Assembly: GCA_964291215.2 (NCBI GenBank)
Contig: OZ219790.1
Location: 1,856,001-1,920,000 of the forward strand
DNA: 64,000 bases
Source of the DNA: Alphaproteobacteria bacterium
GTDB taxonomy: Bacteria; Pseudomonadota; Alphaproteobacteria; MPNO01; UBA830
Direction of reading: 5' to 3'
Under the pieces are notes generated by a model. That model did no database searches and was not told the origin of the DNA. It saw nothing but the letters and a program-made list of their open reading frames with translations. The translations under genes and the position numbers were made by a program. Below, piece by piece: positions 9,808 to 18,758 of this stretch; the stretch's first letter is position 1, and the number at the start of each line of letters is the position of its first letter.

Positions 9808-10590
9808 GATTACGCAACCTGATGTCTGGAAAGTGTCGTGAAGCTGATCGAGCTGTTCCCATTTGATCTTGGTTTCGGTTTCCCATTTTTCGTCGATGAG
9901 GACCGCGGTTGAGAGGCGCTCCAACGAGGCGAGGTTCGGAAAGACCCTGACTTTGGAGGTGCGCCGCTTGAGCTTTTGCTGGATCGGTCGCTCGATGCCG
10001 TTCGAGGTTCGCATACGTTTGCGGTGAGCATCGGGCAAGGTGAAGACAGCCAGCCCCGCATTGTTTTCCAGCCAGGAAGCCTGGATGCTTGTCGCGATAG
10101 CTGGCCACGAGGGCGCCCGGTTCAGCCTCGGCGGTTTGGAGTGAGGAGGCGTGGCTCCGAGCTGTTTTCCGACACGTTTCCTGATGTCGTTGTTCGGTGC
10201 ACGGCGTTTTGTGCCAGGTGGAACTGGCAGCGCTGCCACGTCGCCGCGCCCAGCACCGCGCGTCGTGCCGCTTTCAGCCCGGCATCCGAGACGATGAAGG
10301 CCGTACCATGCAGGGCTTGCAAGCTTTCCAGGAAGGCTCTCCAATGGACCTCGGCCTCGGAGAGCGCCACAGAGAGCCCCAGAACGTGCCTGCAGCCCCT
10401 ATTCCGATGGCCGAGAGCACTGCAACATCGCGCACAACGCCGTCATGGCGGGCTTTTTCATAGCGCGCATCCAGGATCAAGTATTTCATCAGGGGCCGGT
10501 TGCGCGGCGAGTTCTTCGTCGAGCAACCTGGTGGCCCGGCTGACCTGAGAAGAGGACAGGCTCCCGAACTCGCGCAACAAAACATCCGGT

Positions 10591-12150
10591 GTAACTGCTC
10601 ACCCCCTGGTTCCGGCTTGATGTCGGGGTAGAGTAACGAACGGGTTTTCGTGGAGATTTGACACTGCATGCCGATTCGCTTAGTGGTGGTCATAGAGAAC
10701 GACGGGGACCGCCAGTGGGCTACTTTGGATCGAAGGCGACGAGCGGGCTGTGCCAGCTGCTTCCGGGGCTCCAGCCCCCGCATGATCTGTATGTGGAAAC
10801 GCATTTCGGAAGCGGCGCGCTGATGAAGCGCAAGGCCGGGTGATGGCGACGGTCAACGCGGCGTCGCTGCGCGAGGAGTTCGAAGCGGCCAAGATCGCGG
10901 CGCTGCGTGCGGCCGGCAAGGTGGCGGAAGAGGCCGTGATCCGCGTCTTCGTCATCCTGCTCGACATCCTCATCGTCGTCCTTCTGGAGAAGACTACGCG
11001 CAAAACGAGCCGGAACTCCGGTCTGCCGCCGTCACAGACGGACAAGAGCGTGCCGGAAGCAAGGGCCCGAAGCCGAACCGGCAGATGGGCGACAGCCTGC
11101 GCAAGACCATCGTCGAGGAAACGGTCGCGGCCTGCGACGCCTGCGGCGCCGACATCGACGGCCCCGTCGATCGGGAGCGCCGCGTCCTCTATGACATCGT
11201 GTTCGAGGTCGTCGAGGTGTTCGAGGTCGTCGAGCGCCGCGCCGAGATCAAGGAATGCCCGAAGTGCAAGGCCCGGGGCCGGTTCCCCGACAACATCCCG
11301 TGCAGTACGGCATCGGCATTCAGGCCCTCGTCATCAACCTGCTGGTCGCCCAAATGCTGTCCCTGCGCCGTCGCGTTCGTGCAGGCGATCTCCGGCATCA
11401 AGCTCTCCGAGGCCTCGGCTATGCTTTCACGATGCGTCATGGGAGAAGGCCGCCGTGGCGCACCTCCTGCAACGCCCGATGTCGACGATTTCGGATCAAC
11501 AGTAAGTGGCTCCATGTCGTGGGACCCTGACGTGTAAGTTCCCGCACCGCAAGCGCGGGCAAGAGATCGGCCCGTGCTACAAGGGCGTCCTGACTGCTGG
11601 GCCTCGTATATGGGCTATGACCAGTGTAGCCACCAGCTGTGCGGTAGCCACCTGCTGCGCGAACTGACCTTTGTCGTCGAGGCTACCGCGCGACTGATGA
11701 AGAGCCTGCTCCGCGAGGTCTGCCACAAGGTCAACAAGAGCGCATCCAGGACCCTGAACGACGCCGGGCGCAAGCGCTACCGCACCATCCTCACGCAGGG
11801 CGCCAGGGAACTGCCCGATATCCCGCCGAAAGGAAAACGTGGACGCAAGTCCGACGCGCACAACCTGCACGAACGTCTCGTGAAACACGAAAACCTGCGC
11901 TTCACAGACGACCCCAACGTCAGCTTCACCAACAATGCCGGAGAACAGAAGATCAGGATGGCAAAGGTCAAGGTGTCCGGATGCTTCCGCTCCACGCAAA
12001 AGCATGGTGCCGGAGCTCAAGCTACCTCACCTCCATGGCCGCACTCGGCTACAACCCACTCGTCGCCACCCAGATCGCCCTCGACGGAAAAGCCGCAGAC
12101 ATCATCAACGAGCACTATGAATCAGAACCCAACAAGGGGTGAGTAGATAC
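10591..12150 (+). mobile_element. IS66-family element, copy 2 (decayed)
   Basis: Terminal inverted repeats (TIRs) GTAACTGCTCACCCC / GGGGTGAGTAGATAC. Left flank CATCCGGT recurs at 12155-12162 after an extra CATC. Transposase fragments KTSRNSGLPPSQ, CDACG, CPKC, HQLCGSHLLREL, NNAGE. Confidence 0.92.
10715..10843 (+). pseudogene. Dam-like (D12 class) DNA adenine methyltransferase remnant inside IS66; also present in copies 3-5
   Basis: VGYFGSKATSGLCQ..PPHDLYVETHFGSGALMKRK resembles the YxGxK / SAM-binding motif I N-terminus; its stop overlaps the transposase ATG (GGGTGATGGCG). Confidence 0.65.
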
Positions 12151-12230
12151 CATCCATCCGGTACTGTAACTTGATGTCTGGAAATTTGTCTGAGGTTTGC
12201 GCTTTGAGGCGTTTCACTGGGGGGGGGCTA

Positions 12231-13419
12231 GTAGTCCACCGGCATTGTATTGATGGTTTTTTATGGGTAGTATTCCTGTGTCGGCATCCGTTGGAATCCG
12301 GACAGTGTCGATATCCACACGGGCAAGATGCCGAACAGGCAGGCAGCCCCATGTGCAGGTCCGGACAACGGGAGCGGCGCAATCACAGGAGCAGCGTATA
12401 TGGCCAACTCTCGGGGCAGGAAGCTCTACCGCGTGACCCTTTCGGCGCAGGAGCGCCGGGATCTGAAGGCGATTGTCGACGGCACCGGGGCTGTCTGGCG
12501 CCGGGCACAGGTCCTGATGCTGAGGGGGCGCTTGTCGATGCCGACATTGCGCTGGGCACGGCGACGGTCGAGCGCTTGCGCAAGCGCTGCGGGGGCTGGA
12601 GGCCGCCCTCAGCCGCAAGGAGCAGGTGAACCGCCGGCCGAAACGGGGCGATGGAGGCGAAGCTGGTCGCCCTGCTCGTCCCCGCCCGAGGGCTGTGGAC
12701 GCTGCTCGCCGGCCGTCTGGTGGAGATCGTCGAGCGCATTTCGGAAGAGACGGTCAGGAAGACGCTAAAAAAAGATCAAGCCGTGGCTGAACTGGTGCAT
12801 TCCACCGCACCGGAGCGCACAGTTCGTGGCGGCGGACATGCCTGACATTTGTCAGCGGGACTTTGCCGGGGATGAGGTGCTGGTGTGCGAGGCCAGCCGG
12901 CAGCAGACGAAGGCCCCCCCCCCCCGTCCCCCGGTCAGCCGGAGGTGGTCGACTATGAATATGAGCGCAACGGTACGGCCAACCTCTTCATGGCCTTTGC
13001 GCCCAACGAGAACTGGCGCACGGTGAAAGTCACCGACCGCCGCGGGACTGGGCGCACTTCATCCGGGAGCTTGCCGACGACCATTTCCCCGACAGAAAGA
13101 TCGTGCTGGACAATCTGAACACGCACAGTCACTGTATGAAGCCTTCGAGCCCGAGGAGGCGGGTACGAAAGCGGTTCGAGTTTCGCTACACGCCGAAGCA
13201 CGGAAGCTGGCTCAACATGGCCGAGATCGAGATCGGTGCGCTGTCGCGGCAATGCCTTCGGCGACGCATTCCCGACCGCGACACCATGCTGCGGGAGACC
13301 GTGGCGTGGGTCGAGCGCCGCAATGCGGCCGATGTCACTGTCGACTGGCGTTTCACGACGAAGGATGCCCGGACGAAACTGAAGTCTCTATATCCGTCAA
13401 TACAATAATGCCAGACTAC
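12231..13419 (+). mobile_element. IS630-family element, decayed
   Basis: TA on both sides; TIRs GTAGTCC..CATTGTATTGATGG / CCGTCAATACAAT..GACTAC; A7 slippery site in TLKK near 12767; DYEYERNGTANLF, LDNLNTH, YTPKHGSWLNMAEIE motifs. Confidence 0.92.
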
Positions 13420-13639
13420 TAGGTGATCAGAAACGCCGCACAGCAACACGTGTTCAGGCTTTGTTCTTCCTTGGCATGGTTTTACGAAGAAACCTGCCAA
13501 TGGGGTCTATTGCGGTTGCGGATCGTTACGGCAAAGAACTCGAGGAAGCGCGTCTCGGCCAGTGATCCGCTGCGCTGGATCAGTGCCGGGGTCGTAACGG
13601 CAAGCTCTCGGGCAGTACGCTCCGCCGGTAGGATCTCTG

Positions 13640-13897
13640 TCATGAGACGATCTCGTCACCTTCAGCGGGAGGCGTGTCGGACGCGCTGTGCAGAAACGCG
13701 ATTCCGCGTGCCGGATCCCCGCCGGCACCACGGCGATCGAAGAAGGCGGCCGCGTCCTGAGCGCCGATCTTTTCCGCGAGCGCCACTGAGATGAACTGGT
13801 TTAGAGACACGCCGTCACGTTCTGCGTAACGCTCAGCCGCCATCTTGAGCGACGCCGGCAGATTCAGCGAGACGCGGGCTTTGGTCGATTGGGTCAT
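13640..13897 (-). CDS. Ribbon-helix-helix antitoxin (HicB/CopG-like)
   Basis: VSLNLPASLK..AERDGVSLNQFI; ATGA overlap with the PIN toxin stop. Confidence 0.8.
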   Translation of the reverse strand: MTQSTKARVSLNLPASLKMAAERYAERDGVSLNQFISVALAEKIGAQDAAAFFDRRGAGGDPARGIAFLHSASDTPPAEGDEIVS

Positions 13898-14316
13898 CCT
13901 CCGATCCTCCTAAGAGTTTCCGCAGGGGTGCAGACGCTAAAGCCGAACCGCGCCGCTGCGGGACGAAAATCTTTCTTGTTGAAGGTCGCAATGGCGTCAG
14001 CACGACCATTCGCGGCCGCCTCCAGCACCATCTCGTCCTTAGGGTCAAGGAGCTGCGGCCGCCACAGGAAGTTCAGCTCCACAGGTTCGATCGTCGCGGC
14101 GATATCGCTCAGGAAGGCCGCCAGCACAGGCCGCGTGTGGCCCGTTTCAAGCACGAACTCCGCGCGCATCAACACGTCCTCATACTCGACGAAGAGAGGC
14201 ACCGAGCAAAGCCAGACCGCATCGCCGCCGAGGACGCGAACAAGCAGCGCGTTGCTCGCGCCGTGTCGCGAGCGCAGCGCTGCAACGAGCACGTTCGTGT
14301 CGACCACAAGTTGCAT
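13894..14316 (-). CDS. PIN-family toxin (PIN_3 type)
   Basis: VVDTNVLV, EYEDVL, DPKDEMVLEAA, TFNKKDF acidic PIN residues. Confidence 0.88.
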   Translation of the reverse strand: MQLVVDTNVLVAALRSRHGASNALLVRVLGGDAVWLCSVPLFVEYEDVLMRAEFVLETGHTRPVLAAFLSDIAATIEPVELNFLWRPQLLDPKDEMVLEAAANGRADAIATFNKKDFRPAAARFGFSVCTPAETLRRIGG

Positions 14317-14317
14317 A

Positions 14318-14348
14318 CGTCATATATAGCGCAATGTTGCATATGACG
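14318..14348. promoter_or_regulatory. Putative TA operator palindrome, possibly within a leaderless promoter
   Basis: CGTCATAT(14318-14325)-N15-ATATGACG(14341-14348), AT-rich, directly upstream of the toxin ATG. Confidence 0.55.
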
Positions 14349-14369
14349 CAATGCGATTCATCACGTCCT

Positions 14370-14561
14370 CACGACGATCCCACGCTGCTAATCCAGCGGC
14401 GACCGGCGAGATTTTTCGGTCTGCGTCGCGCTGCAATCGTGCCGCCAAGGCTCAATGAGACCTTCTCGGCATGAAAAATTGCGATCAAGGGGCGATCTGT
14501 GATGACGCGAGCCCCAACGCACTCGGATTTCGCGTCTCGGAATCAGCGTGGGATCGCCGTG
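14370..14561 (+). mobile_element. MITE-A, copy 1 (192 bp)
   Basis: 18 bp TIR CACGACGATCCCACGCTG / CAGCGTGGGATCGCCGTG; perfect 9 bp TSD TCACGTCCT; homologs at 38575, 44124 and 58299. Confidence 0.88.
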
Positions 14562-14571
14562 TCACGTCCTG

Positions 14572-14763
14572 CAGGACTTTCCGACGCTGCATTCGATCTT
14601 GCCGACTGCTAATGAGGGAGGCTGCACAGGTCCAGCCATGCCGGGTTTCTGGCCGCGAGGCCGTCCACGGGTCGCCGCCGCCGGACAACCTGACAAGAAT
14701 GCGGAAATTTGTGTCCCGTTCAGCGGTCATTCAAAACATCAACCACAGCGTGGGAAAGTCCCG
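14572..14763 (+). mobile_element. MITE-B, copy 1 (~192 bp)
   Basis: TIR CAGGACTTTCCGACGCTG / CAGCGTGGGAAAGTCCCG; homologs at 34922 and 43935; no TSD seen. Confidence 0.8.
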
Positions 14764-15175
14764 AGCTCGGCCTTGCTGACAACTCCTGCGACTGCGACTA
14801 TCGTGGTCATGCTCCCTTGCTCCTCTCCTTGTGATGATCGGGGTATCGCCCATGCATCCATCCAAGATCCAAGGGAACCAGACGGAGACGGGCTGTCCAA
14901 GCTTGCTCACGGCCTCAAGGCCAAGGGACTTGCAGGCCGACCCGTTTCCGCGAGACTTGCCCCGCATTCTCCCTTCTGTATGTGACGCAGGAGAGAGGAT
15001 AGTCCATGTAACTGTGCTCCTCGCGAAGCTCGTCGGGGCTCCAATTGTCCAAAGAGTTGTGCCGCTATTACAACTGTGAACAAGATTGAGCCCTTCGGGC
15101 TGGGGAGAGTTATACAAGGGGCTTGTTGGAATCCGGTGGCTGCCGGACCCCGCCCGGCCGCGGAGGATCGTTTCG

Positions 15176-15703
15176 ATGACAACTGCAACACGGACGATGC
15201 CCGGCGCGGCGACGCCCGACGATCTGTTCCGGCGTTTCGCCGAACTCGGGATCAAGACCGCCACCCACAACCATGCGCCGGTCTTTACCGTCGAGGAGAA
15301 CCGTGAGCTCCGCGGACAGCTTCCCGGGGCGCACTGCAAGACGCTGTTCCTCAAGGACAAGAAGGCTGCCTTGTGGCTCGTCGTCTGCGACGAGAGCAGG
15401 CGCCTGGATATGAAGACACTGGCGGACGTAATCGGATCAGCACGGCTGAGTTTCGCCCGGCCCGACCGGGTCAGGGAACATCTCGGCATCGAGCCTGGCG
15501 CCGTTACGCCGTTCGCGCTGATCAACGATGCGGGCGCCGCCATCAATGTCGTGCTGGACGCCAGCGTCATGGCCAAGGAACTCGCGAATTTCCATCCGCT
15601 GGTCAACGACCGGACGACGGCGATCCAGACGACGGACCTCTTCCGCTTCATCGAAGGCTGCGGACATACGCCGTGTGTGGTCGATTTCGCCGATGCGGCC
15701 TAA
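15176..15703 (+). CDS. Prolyl-tRNA editing protein (YbaK/PrdX family)
   Basis: HAPVFTVEE, GAHCKTLFLKDKK, LGIEPGAVTPFAL, NFHPLVN; GGAGG RBS. Confidence 0.92.
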   Translation: MTTATRTMPGAATPDDLFRRFAELGIKTATHNHAPVFTVEENRELRGQLPGAHCKTLFLKDKKAALWLVVCDESRRLDMKTLADVIGSARLSFARPDRVREHLGIEPGAVTPFALINDAGAAINVVLDASVMAKELANFHPLVNDRTTAIQTTDLFRFIEGCGHTPCVVDFADAA

Positions 15704-15814
15704 CCTCCCGGGCAGCGACGAATGAAGCCGCCCGCGGGACTTGCCAGAAAGGCAGCAAGACGCCATCTTGAACGGTAGGGTGCGCACGGTTGCCCGCAGC
15801 ACGGAGTTTGAAGA

Positions 15815-16717
15815 ATGGAACCTCTTATCGGCGAAGGTGCCGATCTCATCAAGGACGTCACCGTGGAGTCGTTTCGGACCGATGTGCTAGAAGCCTCGAA
15901 GGAGGTGCCGGTGATCGTCGATTTCTGGGCCACTTGGTGCGGACCCTGCAAGCAGCTCACGCCGGTGCTCGAGAAGGCGGTGGTCGAGGCCAACGGCGCG
16001 GTGCAGCTGGCCAAGGTCGATATCGACGCCAACCAGACCATAGCTGCCCAGCTCGGCATTCAGTCGGTGCCGACGGTCTTCGGGTTCTTTCGCGGCCAAC
16101 CGGTCGACGCGTTCCAGGGCGCACTTCCCGAGAGCGAGGTTAAGGCCTTCGTCAAGAAACTCTGCGAGGCGGCCGGAACCGATGTGCAGGATCCCGTCGC
16201 CGACGCGATCGACCAAGCGCGGGAACGGCTTGCCGACGAGGACTATGGCGTGGCGGCGGAGATCTTCCGTCAGGTCGTCCAGCACGCACCCGACAATATG
16301 GATGCTCAGGCCGGGCTTGCGAGGGCGCTTGCAGCCCAAGGCGAAACCGATCAGGCCGAGGAGATCCTCGGCGGGATTCCCGGGGATCAAGCCAGCCATC
16401 CGGACGCGGCTACGGCGCGGGCAGCCGTGGACCTCGCGCGCCAGAGCGAATCCGTCGGCGACCTCGCCGCACTTGAAGCCGCCGCCGCCGCCGCTCCGCG
16501 CGAGCCGCAGGCGCGCTTCGACCTGGCGATCGGCCTGTTCGCCGCCGGACGGCGGAGCGAGGCCATAGACCAACTCGTCGAGGTTCTCAGGATCGACCGC
16601 AACTGGCAGGACGGGGCCGCACGCGAGCAGCTGATCCAGTTCTTCAGTGTCATGGGGCCGACCGACGAGGAGACGCTGGCCGGGCGCCGGAAGATGTCTT
16701 CGGTGCTGTTCTCATGA
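15815..16717 (+). CDS. cnoX: Thioredoxin-TPR co-chaperone (YbbN/CnoX)
   Basis: WATWCGPCK thioredoxin domain, TPR region, GRRKMSSVLFS end. Confidence 0.9.
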   Translation: MEPLIGEGADLIKDVTVESFRTDVLEASKEVPVIVDFWATWCGPCKQLTPVLEKAVVEANGAVQLAKVDIDANQTIAAQLGIQSVPTVFGFFRGQPVDAFQGALPESEVKAFVKKLCEAAGTDVQDPVADAIDQARERLADEDYGVAAEIFRQVVQHAPDNMDAQAGLARALAAQGETDQAEEILGGIPGDQASHPDAATARAAVDLARQSESVGDLAALEAAAAAAPREPQARFDLAIGLFAAGRRSEAIDQLVEVLRIDRNWQDGAAREQLIQFFSVMGPTDEETLAGRRKMSSVLFS

Positions 16718-16732
16718 CCGCGGATTGTTTCC

Positions 16733-17392
16733 GTGCCCCGCGCGTTTGATCCCACCTTCGAGGATCTGCCGTCGGAGATTCCGATCTTTCCCCTTACCGG
16801 CGTGCTGCTTCTGCCTGGTGCCACCCTGCCGCTGAACATATTCGAACCGCGCTATCTGAACATGACGGACGCCGCGCTTGCGGGCTCCCGAATGATCGGC
16901 ATGATTCAGCCGAGCGCCCCCAACACCGGGGACAATCCGGAACTCTACAGGACCGGCTGCGCCGGCCGCATCGTCGCGTTCAGCGAAACCGACGACGGCC
17001 GCTATCTGATCACACTTCATGGCCTGATCCGGTTCAACCTTGCCGAGAAACTGCCGCTTCGCGACGGTTTTCGCATCGTCAGGCCGGATTGGACACCTTA
17101 TCGCCACGATATCGACGAGGAGGAGACCGACGGCATCGACCGCGACCGCATTCTTCAGTCCCTGCATGCGTACTTCACGCAGAACAACGTAGATGCGAAC
17201 TGGCAGGCCATCAAAGAGGCGCCACTCGGACGCCTTGTCAACTCGCTGGCCATGATGATACCGTTCCAGCCTAGCGAGAAGCAGGCCTTCCTTGAGGCTA
17301 GGGCGCTGGCGGATCGCGCCGATATCCTCACCACTCTCCTCGAGATGGCCTTGGCGAGCACCGAGGATTACGAGAATCAGAAGAAGAACTGA
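16733..17392 (+). CDS. LON peptidase substrate-binding domain protein
   Basis: [30 protein letters not shown]; usual neighbour of ybbN. Confidence 0.9.
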   Translation: MPRAFDPTFEDLPSEIPIFPLTGVLLLPGATLPLNIFEPRYLNMTDAALAGSRMIGMIQPSAPNTGDNPELYRTGCAGRIVAFSETDDGRYLITLHGLIRFNLAEKLPLRDGFRIVRPDWTPYRHDIDEEETDGIDRDRILQSLHAYFTQNNVDANWQAIKEAPLGRLVNSLAMMIPFQPSEKQAFLEARALADRADILTTLLEMALASTEDYENQKKN

Positions 17393-17459
17393 CCTTTCCC
17401 AGCCTCGGGCGCTGCGCCCCGGTGCGGCAGAGGAGGAGAGATCCGGAGACTGCAGTACG

Positions 17460-17660
17460 ATGACACGGGACACCGCGGCCATAGACCCCAGACTTCTTGA
17501 GATCCTCGTCTGTCCGCTGACCAAGGGACCTCTCGTCTATGATGAGGCGGCGCAGGAATTGATCAGTCGACAGGCGGGCCTCGCCTACCCCGTGCGCGAC
17601 GGCATTCCGATCATGCTGATCGACGAGGCGCGTCAGCTTGATGACCCCGACGCGGGCTAG
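17460..17660 (+). CDS. Trm112/YcaR family protein
   Basis: [26 protein letters not shown]. Confidence 0.92.
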   Translation: MTRDTAAIDPRLLEILVCPLTKGPLVYDEAAQELISRQAGLAYPVRDGIPIMLIDEARQLDDPDAG

Positions 17661-17678
17661 GCGGCGAGACGAAACCCG

Positions 17679-18047
17679 TTGGCTGGCGAAGCGGTACCGC
17701 GTCCGACCGAAATCAAGGTCCGCCGTGCGGAGAAGACCCTCAACATCACCTTCGACGACGGCACGTCATGCGACCTGCCCGCCGAATTCCTGCGCGTCGA
17801 GAGCCCCTCGGCGGAGGTTCAGGGGCACGGACCCGGACAGAAGACCCTGGTCGCCGGCCGCCGCCATGTCGGCATTGCGGCCGTCGAGCCGGTGGGCAAC
17901 TACGCGATCCGGATCATCTTCGACGACCTGCATGACACCGGCATCTATTCGTGGCGGTATCTCCACCGGTTGTGCCGGCAGCAGAAGACGCTGTGGCAGC
18001 AATATCTCGCTGCGATGGGAGCTGCTGGGCTGAGCCGGGATCCCTGA
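17679..18047 (+). CDS. DUF971 (GBBH-like N-terminal) protein
   Basis: EFLRVESPSAEVQGH, VGNYA..FDDLHDTGIYSW. Confidence 0.9.
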   Translation: MAGEAVPRPTEIKVRRAEKTLNITFDDGTSCDLPAEFLRVESPSAEVQGHGPGQKTLVAGRRHVGIAAVEPVGNYAIRIIFDDLHDTGIYSWRYLHRLCRQQKTLWQQYLAAMGAAGLSRDP

Positions 18048-18758
18048 GGGCTCGTCACGAAACAATCGCGTCTGTATTGGGTGTTCGCAAGAGTGAATAG
18101 TTCCACCCGCCTTGGAATTTTGCGCGCTTGATGTCGAGGGCCTTTATCTCGGCATCCTTGATTCCCTTCGGACAGGTGTTTTCGTCGACATCGCAATAGA
18201 CCTTGAGGCCGGCTTCGGTGGTGGTTGCTCTGATCAGGCTGGCGATGGCGGCGAGGCTGCGCAGCGGCTTGCCGCGCCAGTTCTGGCTGATGAACGAGAA
18301 CAGGCGATGTGCGGTTCCATTTGCTGGTGCCGGGCGGCAGACCATGATCTCGAGGCCGAGCTCCTTGGGCGAGTTTCTGCAGTTTGACCTTCCACAGCCG
18401 CACCCGGGCCCCGTTCGACCCGCCGCAGTCGGCGGTGATCAGTAGCCGCCTGGCCCCCGGGTAGCGCTCGCGCCCGAAGCGCCGCCACCGGCACCGGGGC
18501 TTTCCACCGCAAACGCCGCAGTGTCATGGCCGATGCGACATTGACCCGGCCGATGTTGTGGGCCACGTCATGGACCCCGTAGGGGGCCACCTTGCCGAAC
18601 TCCTTGTCCGCGAAGTCATGTACCTTCACCTCCTCGGGCCGTCTCTTCGGCCGCCACTCGCGGCCGACATTCTTGAAATCGCCAATCAGCTCCTTCTTCC
18701 TGGTCTTGAAATCGCCAATCAGCTCCTTCTTCCTGGTGTCGACCGAGATGACCGGGTC
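18046..18758 (-). mobile_element. ISAzo13-family element, 3' remnant
   Basis: VHDFADKEFGKVAPYG, PGTSKWN, HRLFSFISQNWRGKPL, GGWNY motifs in shifting frames; truncated by IS66 at 18759. Confidence 0.85.

Larger units (their letters stand above)
9808..12206 (-). mobile_element. IS256-family element, decayed, interrupted by IS66 copy 2
   Basis: Transposase fragments SEAEVHWRAFLESL..IVSD..WQRCQFH and RTSNGIER..KRRTSKVRVFPN. TGATGTCTGGAAA occurs near both ends. Boundaries approximate. Confidence 0.85.

Noticed and set aside
14370-14763. MITE-A/B with short variable spacers read as a CRISPR array or integron attC sites
   Set aside because: Units are ~190 bp, dispersed and TIR-bounded, the spacer equals the TSD, and there are no cas genes, integrase or GTTRRRY cores
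14764-15120. RBS plus ATG on the minus strand (MTTIVAVAGVV) as the lost 5' end of the ABC binding protein at 9.1-9.8 kb
   Set aside because: Only ~15 codons before MITE-B; nothing links it to the fragment
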